Both the position numbers and the translations under genes were made by a program. From contig CAYOSQ010000003.1 of NCBI GenBank assembly GCA_964406665.1, positions 102,641 to 166,640 on the forward strand: 64,000 nt of DNA, in the 5' to 3' direction. The notes below the pieces were generated by a model that ran no database searches, was not told the DNA's origin, and saw nothing but the letters and a program-made list of their open reading frames with translations. Shown one piece after another: positions 20,973 through 30,860 of the stretch (position 1 is its first letter; the number at the start of each line of letters is the position of its first letter). This DNA comes from an uncultured Planctomycetia bacterium (lineage in GTDB: Bacteria > Omnitrophota > Gorgyraeia > VGKH01 > JBHPFN01).

Positions 20973-21812
20973 ATGGCAAATTTACGTCTATCACCTACCG
21001 GGAGCCTAGCTCTTTTTATAAATTGCCCCAGATGTTTCTGGCTACAGATGAATAAAAAGATAAAGAGACCCCGGGGAATTTTTCCGTCTCTTCCTTCTGG
21101 CATGGATATAGTAATTAAATCTTATTTTGATACTTACAGGAAAAAGAATTTATTGCCTCCGGAATTGGAGGGAAAAGTAGAGGGTAAATTATTCAGCGAC
21201 GAGCTCCTGCTTAAAAAATGGCGTAGTTGGAGAGCAACTAATTTAACTTATGAAGATAAAAAACTGGGTGCAACATTATCCGGTGCGCTTGATGATTGCT
21301 TGGTTGATAATGGTTTTTATGTACCTTTAGATTATAAGACTAAAGGGTTTGAGCCTACCAGAGAACAATCCTATCAGTTTTATAAGCTACAACTAGATTG
21401 TTATTGTCTTATGCTTGAAGAGAATGGTTATAAGACAAATGGTAAGGCATACCTGGTTTATTATTTTCCTAAATCTGTTTCAGCTAAGGGAAAAGTAAGT
21501 TTTGAAGTAATGCCTTTTGAAATCAAAACTGATTTTAATAATTCCAGAAAAATATTTGAAGAAGCAGTAAAATTATTAAAGGAACCTCTGCCAAAAACAA
21601 ATCCTGATTGTGAATACTGCAGTTGGCTTAATAAAGTAGAGCGTGAAAAAAAACGGTTTAAACCAGGCAGATTTTGGTTGGTAATTGAAATGAAACAGGT
21701 TAATAATCGACAAAACAAAACTCATCAGATGAAATCGCAGCATTCAGTTAAGGGGAAAAATCAGATTAAAAGAGCCAAGTACATTGAACAATTAGACAGG
21801 AGAGCCAAATGA
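20973..21812 (+). CDS. PD-(D/E)XK nuclease, Cas4/RecB-like, with 4-Cys cluster
   Basis: N-terminal CPRC, motif II D (DDCLVD), motif III PLDYKTK, QLDCY (QxxxY), and a C-terminal CEYCSW cysteine cluster; a basic C-terminal tail. Confidence 0.6.
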   Translation: MANLRLSPTGSLALFINCPRCFWLQMNKKIKRPRGIFPSLPSGMDIVIKSYFDTYRKKNLLPPELEGKVEGKLFSDELLLKKWRSWRATNLTYEDKKLGATLSGALDDCLVDNGFYVPLDYKTKGFEPTREQSYQFYKLQLDCYCLMLEENGYKTNGKAYLVYYFPKSVSAKGKVSFEVMPFEIKTDFNNSRKIFEEAVKLLKEPLPKTNPDCEYCSWLNKVEREKKRFKPGRFWLVIEMKQVNNRQNKTHQMKSQHSVKGKNQIKRAKYIEQLDRRAK

Positions 21813-22480
21813 ATCAAATTATTTTTGATATTGAAACCTCCGGAGCAGATTTTGATTCTTTAGATGAAACGTCTAAAGAGTATTTTCTTAAATATGCCCA
21901 AAGCGATGAAGAAAAACAAGAAGTAAGAGATAGCATGAGCTTTTATCCTTTAACAGCCCAGATTGTAGCATTAGGTATGCTGGATGCCGATAAAGATAAA
22001 GGGTATATGTTTTATCAGGATAAAGAAAATTCTAAAAAACGCTTCAACGAGGGCGGTATTGAATTTATTGCAGCAGATGAGAGGGAGATCTTGGAATATT
22101 TCTGGGCTCAGATAAAAGAATGTAGGCAGTTTGTTACATTTAACGGTAGAGGATTTGATGGTCCTTTTATTATGATCCGTTCAGCCATACTTAAAGTTAA
22201 GCCTACCAGAAATCTTGTGCCGTATCGTTATGACCATAAGCAGCATGTTGACCTTATGGATCAGTTAATGTTTTATGGGGCATCAAGGAGGAAATTCAGT
22301 CTGCATATGTGGTGCAAGGCTTTTGGAATTCCTAGTCCCAAAGAAGAAGGTGTTACAGGATTAGAGGTAAAGGACCTATTCAATCAAGGCAAATGCCTTG
22401 ATATAGCACGTTATTGCGTCGGTGATTTAAAGGCTACCAGGGCACTTTTTCATTATTGGGATAAATATTTGAAATTTTAG
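21809..22480 (+). CDS. RNase H-like 3'-5' exonuclease (PolB-exonuclease-like, COG3359/YprB type)
   Basis: FDIETSG Exo-I motif, later HVDLMD and YCVGDLKAT (Exo-III YxxxD); ATGA overlap with the upstream nuclease. Confidence 0.6.
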   Translation: MNQIIFDIETSGADFDSLDETSKEYFLKYAQSDEEKQEVRDSMSFYPLTAQIVALGMLDADKDKGYMFYQDKENSKKRFNEGGIEFIAADEREILEYFWAQIKECRQFVTFNGRGFDGPFIMIRSAILKVKPTRNLVPYRYDHKQHVDLMDQLMFYGASRRKFSLHMWCKAFGIPSPKEEGVTGLEVKDLFNQGKCLDIARYCVGDLKATRALFHYWDKYLKF

Positions 22481-22488
22481 CCCAAACC

Positions 22489-22516
22489 TTGAAAATCATC
22501 TAAAGTGTGCTATACT
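22489..22516 (+). promoter_or_regulatory. sigma-70-type promoter (TTGAAA-N16-TATACT)
   Basis: Near-consensus -35 and -10 with 16 nt spacing, immediately upstream of a GC-rich structured segment. Confidence 0.55.
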
Positions 22517-22521
22517 TTTAG

Positions 22522-22708
22522 TGCCGATAAAGGTAAACCCGGTGAAAGCCGGGGGCGCAAAGCCAACAGACCTAAGTTGCCTTTTGGCAGTGAACCTGCA
22601 GGATGCAGGTAAGCCGTGGCCGGCTAGGCTGTGAATGCTGTGGCGATATGGTGGCTGGGTTGCCGAAGTGGGAGGTGAACCAAGGTCTTTATCGGCCTTT
22701 TTTTTTGC
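22522..22708 (+). ncRNA. unclassified structured small RNA (~187 nt), possibly 6S-like
   Basis: About 55% GC against a roughly 35% GC background; 5' GCCGATAAAGG pairs with 3' CCTTTATCGGC, followed by a U9 tract; several internal hairpins (CCCGG-TGAAAG-CCGGG, TTGCC-TTTT-GGCAG, CCTGCA-GGA-TGCAGG); own promoter and terminator; no ORF. Confidence 0.45.
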
Positions 22709-22743
22709 CTTATTCTGCGTAACTTGTTTATTTCCAGTATAAT

Positions 22744-23043
22744 ATGAATAAAGACCATAATTTATATCAAGAATATCAGAAAAATAAACAAAAAGAGTAC
22801 GAGTCTTTATGCAGCCGCTGTGGTGCTTGTTGTGGTTCTTTCGAAGGAGATCCCTGTGAGCATTTGATTATGGATGAAGAAGGCAAATATTACTGCAATA
22901 CCTACGAAAACAGGTTTGGTTTAAAAAGGTCAAGAAATGGTCGAGAGTTCCTCTGTGTGCCTATCCGAAAAATCCTTTCTGAATCATGGTCTGGTTCCTG
23001 GCGTTGTAATTACAAAAAGGAACTGCGCCGTATCAAAGATTAG
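22744..23043 (+). CDS. YkgJ-family cysteine-cluster protein (putative zinc/iron-chelating domain)
   Basis: CSRCGACCGS (CxxCxxCC) motif plus additional Cys residues. Confidence 0.5.
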   Translation: MNKDHNLYQEYQKNKQKEYESLCSRCGACCGSFEGDPCEHLIMDEEGKYYCNTYENRFGLKRSRNGREFLCVPIRKILSESWSGSWRCNYKKELRRIKD

Positions 23044-23125
23044 TTAAATAGTTTTTATCAACCCCGATTTGTATTGCCTGCAAGCTTCAAACATGCTACA
23101 ATACAACAAATTTTGAGGTAAAGTT

Positions 23126-23428
23126 ATGGAAAAAAGATTTGTCAGAGTTTGGGATGAGCTTGATATCGAAGAAGTTTCAAAGCATCTATTGATAATCGGT
23201 GAAGTTTTGGCAACATGCAATAACTGTCAAGCCCTAGGATTAGATGTAAAAGTAAAAACATGTCCAAAATGCAACGTGGAATTTAAATTCGCTGCTTTTA
23301 GCTCAAAAAAATTAGGAATTTCAGAGTTTAATAAAATAAGAGGAAGAAGAGGCGAGGCAGCTTTTATTGATTACGACGATTTCAAGAAAGCCATCGGTGA
23401 TATTAAAGCAAAGAATTTCATGAAATAG
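23126..23428 (+). CDS. hypothetical protein with zinc-ribbon-like CxxC...CxxC
   Basis: CNNC ... CPKC; a TTGCCT-N17-TACAAT promoter lies upstream. Confidence 0.4.
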   Translation: MEKRFVRVWDELDIEEVSKHLLIIGEVLATCNNCQALGLDVKVKTCPKCNVEFKFAAFSSKKLGISEFNKIRGRRGEAAFIDYDDFKKAIGDIKAKNFMK

Positions 23429-23432
23429 CAAA

Positions 23433-24560
23433 ATGGTAAATAAAAAAAGACTGATTAAATTAACTCAGGATTTAATCAGGATTAATTCAGAAAACCCACC
23501 TGGAAAAGAATTCAAAATAGCAGTTTTTGTCAAAAAGCTTCTTGATAAGCATGGTTTTAAAACTAGGCTATACGAGTTTGCCAAAGGAAGAACTAATATT
23601 GTTGCTACGTTAGAAGGTAAAGATAAAAGCAAATCTCTTCTGTTGACACCCCATTTAGATACTGTTCCGGTAGGAAAGGGCTGGTCTTATCCTGCGTTTT
23701 CTGGGTTGATTAGAAATGGAAGAATTTACGGCCGCGGGGCAACAGACTGTAAGGGCAATGTTGCTGCAGGAATTGAATCTATAATAAGCTTGGCAGAAGA
23801 AAAACAAGAATTAAATCATTCTTTGGTTTTTGCCGCAACCGCGGATGAAGAAACAGGCAGTAAGCTAGGTTTGATTCCACTCGTTGATAAAAAAATACTT
23901 AAGCCTTCAGCAGCCGTGATACTAGATTCCGATGTTTTTAATATCATTGTTGCTCAAAAAGGATTAATACATTTTAAGATTTGCTTATTTGGTAAGAAGT
24001 CACACGGCGCATATCCAGAAAGAGGGATGAATGCAATTGATTTAGCAACCAAAGTTATCTTAAAGCTTAAAAAGCATAAGTTTAAATACAAAAGACATTC
24101 TTTGCTTAGAGCTCCAACAGTAAATATTGGAATTATCCGTGGCGGAGATAAAGTAAATATGGTTGCTGACTGGTGTGATGTTGAAGTGGATCTAAGATTT
24201 TTACCAGGAATGGACCATAGAAAGATACTTAAAGAAGTCCGTAGTATTATTAAGAGCGTAACAAATAAATTTAAATTAGAGGTTCATGATGTACAAAGAC
24301 CCTGTGAGATTGACACAAGACATGATTTAGTTAAATGTCTTAAAACAACCAGTAAAAGAATTGCAGGAAGAGCGAAGTTAAAAGGAAGTGAGGGAGCAAC
24401 GGTTATTACATTTTTAGCTGCCAGAAAGGTACCCTCGGTAGCAACAGGTTTTGGCACTTCACGGTGTGCCCATACAACTGATGAGTACGTAAAGATTAAC
24501 GATCTTTATAAAGGTGCTAAGGTTCTAGAAGAATTTATTAAAGAGTTCGATAAAAGATGA
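23433..24560 (+). CDS. M20-family metallopeptidase (ArgE/DapE-like deacylase)
   Basis: HLDTVP, GRGATDCKG and ADEETG metal-binding motifs. Confidence 0.8.
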   Translation: MVNKKRLIKLTQDLIRINSENPPGKEFKIAVFVKKLLDKHGFKTRLYEFAKGRTNIVATLEGKDKSKSLLLTPHLDTVPVGKGWSYPAFSGLIRNGRIYGRGATDCKGNVAAGIESIISLAEEKQELNHSLVFAATADEETGSKLGLIPLVDKKILKPSAAVILDSDVFNIIVAQKGLIHFKICLFGKKSHGAYPERGMNAIDLATKVILKLKKHKFKYKRHSLLRAPTVNIGIIRGGDKVNMVADWCDVEVDLRFLPGMDHRKILKEVRSIIKSVTNKFKLEVHDVQRPCEIDTRHDLVKCLKTTSKRIAGRAKLKGSEGATVITFLAARKVPSVATGFGTSRCAHTTDEYVKINDLYKGAKVLEEFIKEFDKR

Positions 24561-25318
24561 AACGGTCAAAGATTTTAAATCTAATTTTTGCTATTTTTAT
24601 TGCTACAGCCATAATTTACCCTAACGTAAATAAACTTTCTGCAGATGACGTAATTGCTGAAAATAAAACATGTGAAATATTACCATTTAAGCAGGGAGAA
24701 AAGTTCATCTATGCGGTGAAGATGGCTGGTTTAAGCGTTGGAACCTCTGAGCTTATTTTTGATGGGATAGCAGAATTAGACGGCAAAGAAGTAATAGTGA
24801 TAATTTTTACTACCAAGATTACTAATTTTTTTGATGAAGAAAAGATATTCGCAGATAAAGAAACCTTTCTTCCCATAAGGGTAGAGCGCAACATTAATCG
24901 TTTCGGAAAAAAAGAATTTATTGTTGAAGAATACGACCAAGGTAATAATATTTTGACCATAACAAAGCAAACTGGAAACAAAGAAACGCAGCAGGTGATT
25001 GAAAAAGAATTACCACTTCAGAATATGATATGTTTTATATATAATTTTCGCAGAAGACAAAATTTGGAAATAGATGGTATAATAGATGTGGACTTACCGC
25101 TTAAAAAAGTAAGTTTTCAATCTGCTGGAGAAAAGAAGCTAAAGGTTTATGCGGGTAGATTCGAGGCTTTTTTAGTACAAAGCGTTCCTAAGAAATACAA
25201 CTTCTGGCTTTCTGCAGATAAAGATAGGATACCACTTAGGATAGATGGTGCGGTAGGCTTTGCTAAAACAAGAATGATACTTAAAGATTATGATTTGGAC
25301 GGGAAAAATGATGGTTAA
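24557..25318 (+). CDS. hypothetical secreted protein
   Basis: N-terminal signal peptide; no confident domain. Confidence 0.4.
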   Translation: MKRSKILNLIFAIFIATAIIYPNVNKLSADDVIAENKTCEILPFKQGEKFIYAVKMAGLSVGTSELIFDGIAELDGKEVIVIIFTTKITNFFDEEKIFADKETFLPIRVERNINRFGKKEFIVEEYDQGNNILTITKQTGNKETQQVIEKELPLQNMICFIYNFRRRQNLEIDGIIDVDLPLKKVSFQSAGEKKLKVYAGRFEAFLVQSVPKKYNFWLSADKDRIPLRIDGAVGFAKTRMILKDYDLDGKNDG

Positions 25319-26480
25319 AAAGGGACATTTTTTACAGTTCGGCGGGCAGTTTGTTCCGGAGACTTTAATGACTTGTCTTAGCGAACTTGAGAAAATATAC
25401 GCAAAGGCAAAAAAAGATACTCGTTTTAAAAAAGAGTTAGATTATTATCTATCGGTTTACGCCGGAAGACCTACACCTTTATATTTTGCTAAGAGACTTT
25501 CTGAAAAACTGGGTAAAATTAAAGTCTATCTTAAAAGGGAAGACTTACTGCATACCGGGGCGCATAAGATTAATAATACTTTAGGCCAGGTACTTTTAGC
25601 TTTAAGGATGGGAAAAAAGCGCATCATCGCAGAAACCGGTGCAGGTCAGCATGGAGTTGCTACAGCAACAGTTGCTGCACTTTTTGGACTTAAGTGCGAT
25701 GTGTATATGGGTACTGAGGATATCGAACGTCAAAGGCTCAATGTTTTCAGGATGAATCTTTTAGGGACTAAAGTTATACCAGTAGAAAGCGGTTCAAAGA
25801 CTTTAAAAGATGCTACTTCCGAAGCCATAAGAGATTGGGTTACCAATGTAAAAGATACTCATTATATTATCGGTTCTGTGGTTGGTCCTTATCCTTATCC
25901 TGAGATGGTCAGGGATTTTCAGTGTGTAATTGGTAAAGAAACCAGGCAACAAATATTAAAAGCAGAAAAAAGATTACCCGATTGTCTTATTGCATGTGTT
26001 GGTGGAGGAAGTAATTCTATAGGATTATTTCATCCTTTTGTAAAAGACAAAAAAATTAGGCTTGTCGGTATTGAAGCTTCCGGATTAGGTATATCTAGCA
26101 ATAAACATGCAGCAACGCTAGTAAAAGGGCAAATCGGCATTTTACATGGAAGCAAAAGTAATCTTTTGCAAGATAAGTTTGGGCAGGTAAATATCGCACA
26201 TTCTATTTCTGCTGGCTTAGACTATCCCGGTGTCGGTCCGGAACATGCATATTATAAGAGCATTGGCAGGGCTGAATATTTTGCAGTTAGTGATAAAGAG
26301 GCCTTAGGGGGTTTTCAACTTCTTGCTGAAACAGAAGGAATTATTCCGGCACTGGAACCGTCTCATGCCATTGCATATTTAGGTAAACTTAGAAAGAAGT
26401 TAAAGAAAGGCGCTGTTGTTGTGTTGTGTCTTTCCGGGCGAGGAGATAAGGACGTAGAAACAGTTTCAAAGGTTTTATAA
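25308..26480 (+). CDS. trpB: tryptophan synthase beta chain
   Basis: [28 protein letters not shown] and GGGSN motifs. The start is probably Met7 (25308) rather than 25290. Confidence 0.9.
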   Translation: MMVKKGHFLQFGGQFVPETLMTCLSELEKIYAKAKKDTRFKKELDYYLSVYAGRPTPLYFAKRLSEKLGKIKVYLKREDLLHTGAHKINNTLGQVLLALRMGKKRIIAETGAGQHGVATATVAALFGLKCDVYMGTEDIERQRLNVFRMNLLGTKVIPVESGSKTLKDATSEAIRDWVTNVKDTHYIIGSVVGPYPYPEMVRDFQCVIGKETRQQILKAEKRLPDCLIACVGGGSNSIGLFHPFVKDKKIRLVGIEASGLGISSNKHAATLVKGQIGILHGSKSNLLQDKFGQVNIAHSISAGLDYPGVGPEHAYYKSIGRAEYFAVSDKEALGGFQLLAETEGIIPALEPSHAIAYLGKLRKKLKKGAVVVLCLSGRGDKDVETVSKVL

Positions 26481-26484
26481 TAAG

Positions 26485-27282
26485 ATGAAAAATAGAATTG
26501 AGAAAAAATTTGCAGAATTAAAATCAGCGAAGAAAAAAGCCTTTATCGCATTTATTACCGCCGGTGATCCATCACTTGATACAACCTATCGATTGGTTCT
26601 TGACATGGAAAAGCAGGGTGTAGATGTTGTTGAACTGGGAGTTGCGTTTTCTGATCCTTTAGCAGATGGACCAATAATCCAGGCAGCGTCTCAGCGTGCA
26701 CTTAAAAAAGGTGTAAATATACTGAAAATTTTAAAGCTTGTTAAAAAGCTGCGCAAGAAAACACATATACCTATTGTTCTAATGACTTATTATAATCCGG
26801 TATTTAAATTCGGCGATGAAAAATTCATAAAGGCTGCGAGGGGTGCAGGTGTTGACGGTGTGATTATTCCTGATTTACCTCCTGAAGAGGCAGCGACAAT
26901 GTTGAAATCTGCTAGAAAACATAGTATCTCCACGATATTTTTCTTATCTCCTACTAGTTCTAAGGAAAGAATTAAACTGATATCAAAAGTCTCCAGCGGT
27001 TTTATTTATTATGTTTCTTTAACTGGGGTAACGGGGACGCGCAGTGCGATTTCTGCGGATATTGTTAAAAATATTCGCTTAATTAAGAAATATACAAAGA
27101 AGCCGATTTGCGTAGGTTTTGGTATATCAAAATCAGAACATGTCAAAAAGATTTCTCGAGTTGCTGACGGAGTTATCGTTGGCAGCGCTATAGTAAAGCA
27201 GATTGAGAAAAATATTGGTAAAAAAGATCTGGTTGCTAAAGTGCTAGCTTTTATTAATAAGTTATCCAGTCCAATAAAATAA
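26485..27282 (+). CDS. trpA: tryptophan synthase alpha chain
   Basis: FITAGDP, ELGVAFSDPLADGP and GFGIS motifs. Confidence 0.9.
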   Translation: MKNRIEKKFAELKSAKKKAFIAFITAGDPSLDTTYRLVLDMEKQGVDVVELGVAFSDPLADGPIIQAASQRALKKGVNILKILKLVKKLRKKTHIPIVLMTYYNPVFKFGDEKFIKAARGAGVDGVIIPDLPPEEAATMLKSARKHSISTIFFLSPTSSKERIKLISKVSSGFIYYVSLTGVTGTRSAISADIVKNIRLIKKYTKKPICVGFGISKSEHVKKISRVADGVIVGSAIVKQIEKNIGKKDLVAKVLAFINKLSSPIK

Positions 27283-27292
27283 TAAGATATCA

Positions 27293-28564
27293 ATGTATAA
27301 AAAAACAGTATTGAATAATGGCCTTAGGGTCTTAACGTGTAAAATGGCTGACAGGCAATCTATAGGGTTAGGTATCTGGGTGTGTGCTGGGGGTCGCTAT
27401 GAAGATAAGCGCAATAAAGGTGTAGCTCATTTCTTAGAACATCTGTTATTTAAAGGAACAAAAAAATACTCTAATAGAGCAATAAAAGAGTCAATTGAAG
27501 GCATAGGTGGGACACTTAATGCTTTTACCTCAGAAGAGCATACTTGTTATTTCGTAAAGATCCCTAAGAAATACGTAAAGCTCTCCCTCAATATTCTAGC
27601 TGATATGGTAATCAATCCATTGCTTAAAACAACCGATATTGAAAGGGAGAGAACTGTTATTCTAGAAGAAATAAAGATGTACAGAGATATGCCTCAACAT
27701 TATGTTAATGATCTTTTAGAAAACCTTCTTTGGCCGGGTCATCCTTTAGGTATAGGAATAGCTGGTTCGGAGAAATCTATTGGTAGTCTAAATAGAAAAG
27801 ATATTGCCGGATTTAAAGATGTGTTTTACCAGCCTGCTAACTTGCTTGTAGTTGCCTGTGGAGATATTAAACATCGAGACATCGTCTCTATGTCTGACAA
27901 ACTATTTAAGAAACAACATGCCCGAGCAAAAACAGAATTTCTTAAAGCTGGTAATGTGCAAAACAAGGCGAGTTTCAAACTAGCGCATAAAGATGTTGAA
28001 CAAACACATATCGCCTTAGGACTGCACAGCTATAAGAGAGAGCATCCTAGTAACTATGCGCTGGGTATTTTAAATACGATTCTAGGTGGAAATATGTCTA
28101 GCAGGTTATTTCATGAGTTAAGAGAGAAAAGAGGCTTAGCTTATGCTGTGGGCAGTTCAGCCAGAGTCTTGCAGGATACTGGAGCATTTTTTGTCCGTGC
28201 CGGAGTTGATAATAGAAAAGTCGTTGATTCTATCAAAGTAATCCTTAAAGAGCTGAAGAAAATCTCCAAATTCAATGTAAGTAAGAAAGAATTAGATAGG
28301 GCTAAAGAATATTATTCTGGTCAGCTTATGCTTGCATTAGAAGATACATTGGATCATATGATATTTGCCGGTGAAAAAATCGCAACAATAAATAGAGTTA
28401 AAACTCCTGCGGAAATATCAAGAAAGATCAAGAAAGTTTCTGTTGCTGATGTACGCCAAGTAGCAGGGGAGCTGTTTAAGAAACATAGTATGAATATAGC
28501 TTTGGTTGGTCCAGTAACTCAAAAGGATAAAAAAGCAATTAAAAAACTTATCGGTATAGGGTAA
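27293..28564 (+). CDS. M16-family zinc peptidase (insulinase/pitrilysin-like)
   Basis: HFLEHLLFKGT inverted zinc-binding HxxEH motif and the REVILEE-like glutamate region. Confidence 0.8.
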   Translation: MYKKTVLNNGLRVLTCKMADRQSIGLGIWVCAGGRYEDKRNKGVAHFLEHLLFKGTKKYSNRAIKESIEGIGGTLNAFTSEEHTCYFVKIPKKYVKLSLNILADMVINPLLKTTDIERERTVILEEIKMYRDMPQHYVNDLLENLLWPGHPLGIGIAGSEKSIGSLNRKDIAGFKDVFYQPANLLVVACGDIKHRDIVSMSDKLFKKQHARAKTEFLKAGNVQNKASFKLAHKDVEQTHIALGLHSYKREHPSNYALGILNTILGGNMSSRLFHELREKRGLAYAVGSSARVLQDTGAFFVRAGVDNRKVVDSIKVILKELKKISKFNVSKKELDRAKEYYSGQLMLALEDTLDHMIFAGEKIATINRVKTPAEISRKIKKVSVADVRQVAGELFKKHSMNIALVGPVTQKDKKAIKKLIGIG

Positions 28565-28642
28565 TCTTTGTCTATTGTTAATTGACAAAGAAATGAAATT
28601 GTGATACATTTAAGTATATTTATTAACCCATAGGAGGTGGAG

Positions 28643-28786
28643 ATGGAAGCATATTGTGTAAAGTGTAAAGCTAAGCAAGAAATGAAAGATGCAAAAGAAG
28701 TAACCATGAAGAATGGTAGAAAAGCAATGAAAGGTAAGTGTCCAGTCTGCGGTACAGGAATGTACAGGATAACTGGAAAAAAATAG
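28643..28786 (+). CDS. small zinc-ribbon protein (47 aa), not in the supplied ORF track
   Basis: Strong ribosome-binding site AGGAGGTG 5 nt upstream; MEAYCVKCKAKQEMKDAKEVTMKNGRKAMKGKCPVCGTGMYRITGKK has CxxC...CxxC. Probably a conserved small family, and DUF5679 is a possible match that was not verified. Confidence 0.45.
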   Translation: MEAYCVKCKAKQEMKDAKEVTMKNGRKAMKGKCPVCGTGMYRITGKK

Positions 28787-28790
28787 TTTA

Positions 28791-29174
28791 ATGCCCGTAA
28801 GAAGTTCTAGTAACCCCGATAAGAGAAACAAAAAACGTCCTAATACCAAAAATAAAGCAAAGCTTGTAGTTAAGCTAGCCTCTGATAAAAAAGCAGAAAA
28901 TCTTGTCATTTTAAATATGAGCAAGGTCGCAAATTTTTGCGAGTATTTCGTTATTTGTAGCGGAAATTCAGATAGGCAAGTTAAAGCAATAGCTGAAGGT
29001 ATTGAATACGGCTTAAAACAAGAAGGATTTAAGGTCTACCACAGAGAAGGTCTTAATACTGCCGCTTGGGCTTTATTGGATTTAGGCGATATTATTGTTC
29101 ACATTTTTGATAAAGAATCGCGGGATTTTTACAATCTTGAGCATCTTTGGCAAGAAGCCCCCGTGGTCAAATAA
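28791..29174 (+). CDS. rsfS: ribosomal silencing factor RsfS (Iojap family)
   Basis: ...YFVICSGNSDRQVKAIAEGI...DLGDIIVHIFDKESRDFYNLEHLW is the Iojap/RsfS signature. Confidence 0.75.
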   Translation: MPVRSSSNPDKRNKKRPNTKNKAKLVVKLASDKKAENLVILNMSKVANFCEYFVICSGNSDRQVKAIAEGIEYGLKQEGFKVYHREGLNTAAWALLDLGDIIVHIFDKESRDFYNLEHLWQEAPVVK

Positions 29175-30859
29175 CACTCATTAAAAAGAATTACATCCCT
29201 TCAGTTCCCATGATCAAAGATGTAAGGAATATCTGCGAATCTGCCTTGAAAAAGGCAGTAAAAACAATCTCTCCTAAAAAAAATCAAGAAATCTCTTTAG
29301 AAATCCCTAAAGATAATGCCAATGGTGATTTATCTTCTAATATTGCGCTTAAACTTGCTAGGGAATTAAAGAAATCACCCATTGATATTGCAAAGCAAAT
29401 AAAAGAGAAGCTTGATATAGGCAAATCATTATCATGCTTTTCGAAAATAGAAGTAAAGCCTCCTGGCTTTATTAATTTTTTCTTAGGCAGTACATTTTTA
29501 TCTGAAACACTTAAATCAGTGCTTACTCTTGAAGATCAATTTGGAAGTTCTGAATTGGGAAAATCTAAAAGTATTCAAATAGAATTTGTAAGCGCAAATC
29601 CAACAGGTCCTTTAAGTGTTGCTCATGCCCGCCAGGCAGCAGTAGGTGATGCATTGGGTAATATCTTAAAGCATATTGGGTATAAAGTCACAAAAGAATA
29701 CTATGTTAATGACGAAGGAAATCAAATTAATATATTGGGGGCATCGATTAAGGCCAGGGCTCTGCAGAATTTTACTGATATTTCTTTATCCGAAGAAATG
29801 TATCAGGGAGAGTATGTAAAAGATATTGCTGATAAATTTATCAAAGATAATAGTATTAAGAATGAAAAAGACTTAGAAGGCAAGGATGAAAAAATCACTT
29901 TATTTGGTGTTAAGTATCTGCTGGATGTAATAAAAAAAGAACTTCAAGACTTTGGCGTAGTATTTGATGTTTGGTCTTTTCAGTCTAAAATTGCAACGCA
30001 AGAGAAGATTGTTTCCACATTGGGGTATTTAGAGAAAAAAGATTATATCTATGAGCAAGATGGCGCTCAGTGGTTTAAATCAACAGATTTCGGAGATGAT
30101 AAGCCACGTGTAGTGAAAAAATCTGATGGTACTTTTACTTATCTAGCTCCCGATATTGTGTATCATAAGAATAAATTTGATAGAAAATTTAGTAAGGTTG
30201 TAAATATTTGGGGGCCGGATCACCACGGTTATATACCAAGAATAAAAGCTGCAGTTGAAGCCTTGGGTCATTCGCGTGATTCTATAGAAGTAAAAATAGT
30301 CCAATTGGCAACTATTTATCGAAATGGTCAACCTGTATCTATGTCGACTCGCCGCGGTCAGTTCATTACTTTACGCGAAGTTATTGATGACGTTGGTACA
30401 GATGTTGCCAGATTTTTCTTTCTTATGCGCAGAGTTGAAGCTCACCTTGATTTTGATCTGGAGCTGGCTAAAAAAGATGCACCAGAGAACCCTGTATTTT
30501 ATGTTCAGTATGCCCACGCCCGTATCTCAAGCATTAAGAGGAAATCAGAGCTTAAGAATATTAATTTAAAAAAAATTAATCTAGAATTGCTAAACCAACC
30601 TGAAGAGTTAGTTCTTATTAAGCTGATGGGGCAGTTCAGCGTTGCTCTTGAGAACTGTGCAGCCGCACTTGATCCTTATGGATTAATTAGCTATCTTCAG
30701 GAATTTGCCACAGCGTTTCACAGTTTTTATGATAAATATAAAGTTATTTCTGATGATTCTTCACTTACCGATGCACGCTTAGCATTGGTTGAGGCGGTTA
30801 GAATTGTTCTAGCTCGTGGTTTGAGCCTTCTAGGTATTTCTGTTCCGGAGAAGATGTAG
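29147..30859 (+). CDS. argS: arginine--tRNA ligase
   Basis: ANPTGPLSVAHARQAAVGD (class I HIGH region) and an ArgS anticodon-binding C-terminus. The true start may be the ATG at 29210 (MIKDVRN...). Confidence 0.88.
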   Translation: MARSPRGQITLIKKNYIPSVPMIKDVRNICESALKKAVKTISPKKNQEISLEIPKDNANGDLSSNIALKLARELKKSPIDIAKQIKEKLDIGKSLSCFSKIEVKPPGFINFFLGSTFLSETLKSVLTLEDQFGSSELGKSKSIQIEFVSANPTGPLSVAHARQAAVGDALGNILKHIGYKVTKEYYVNDEGNQINILGASIKARALQNFTDISLSEEMYQGEYVKDIADKFIKDNSIKNEKDLEGKDEKITLFGVKYLLDVIKKELQDFGVVFDVWSFQSKIATQEKIVSTLGYLEKKDYIYEQDGAQWFKSTDFGDDKPRVVKKSDGTFTYLAPDIVYHKNKFDRKFSKVVNIWGPDHHGYIPRIKAAVEALGHSRDSIEVKIVQLATIYRNGQPVSMSTRRGQFITLREVIDDVGTDVARFFFLMRRVEAHLDFDLELAKKDAPENPVFYVQYAHARISSIKRKSELKNINLKKINLELLNQPEELVLIKLMGQFSVALENCAAALDPYGLISYLQEFATAFHSFYDKYKVISDDSSLTDARLALVEAVRIVLARGLSLLGISVPEKM

Positions 30860-30860
30860 T

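Noticed and set aside
22522-22708. Interpretation of the structured RNA as a cobalamin riboswitch
   Set aside because: Only partial resemblance to the GGTGAAA core. No GCCACTG B12 box is present. It has its own promoter and an intrinsic terminator formed by its closing helix. The downstream genes are unrelated to B12.
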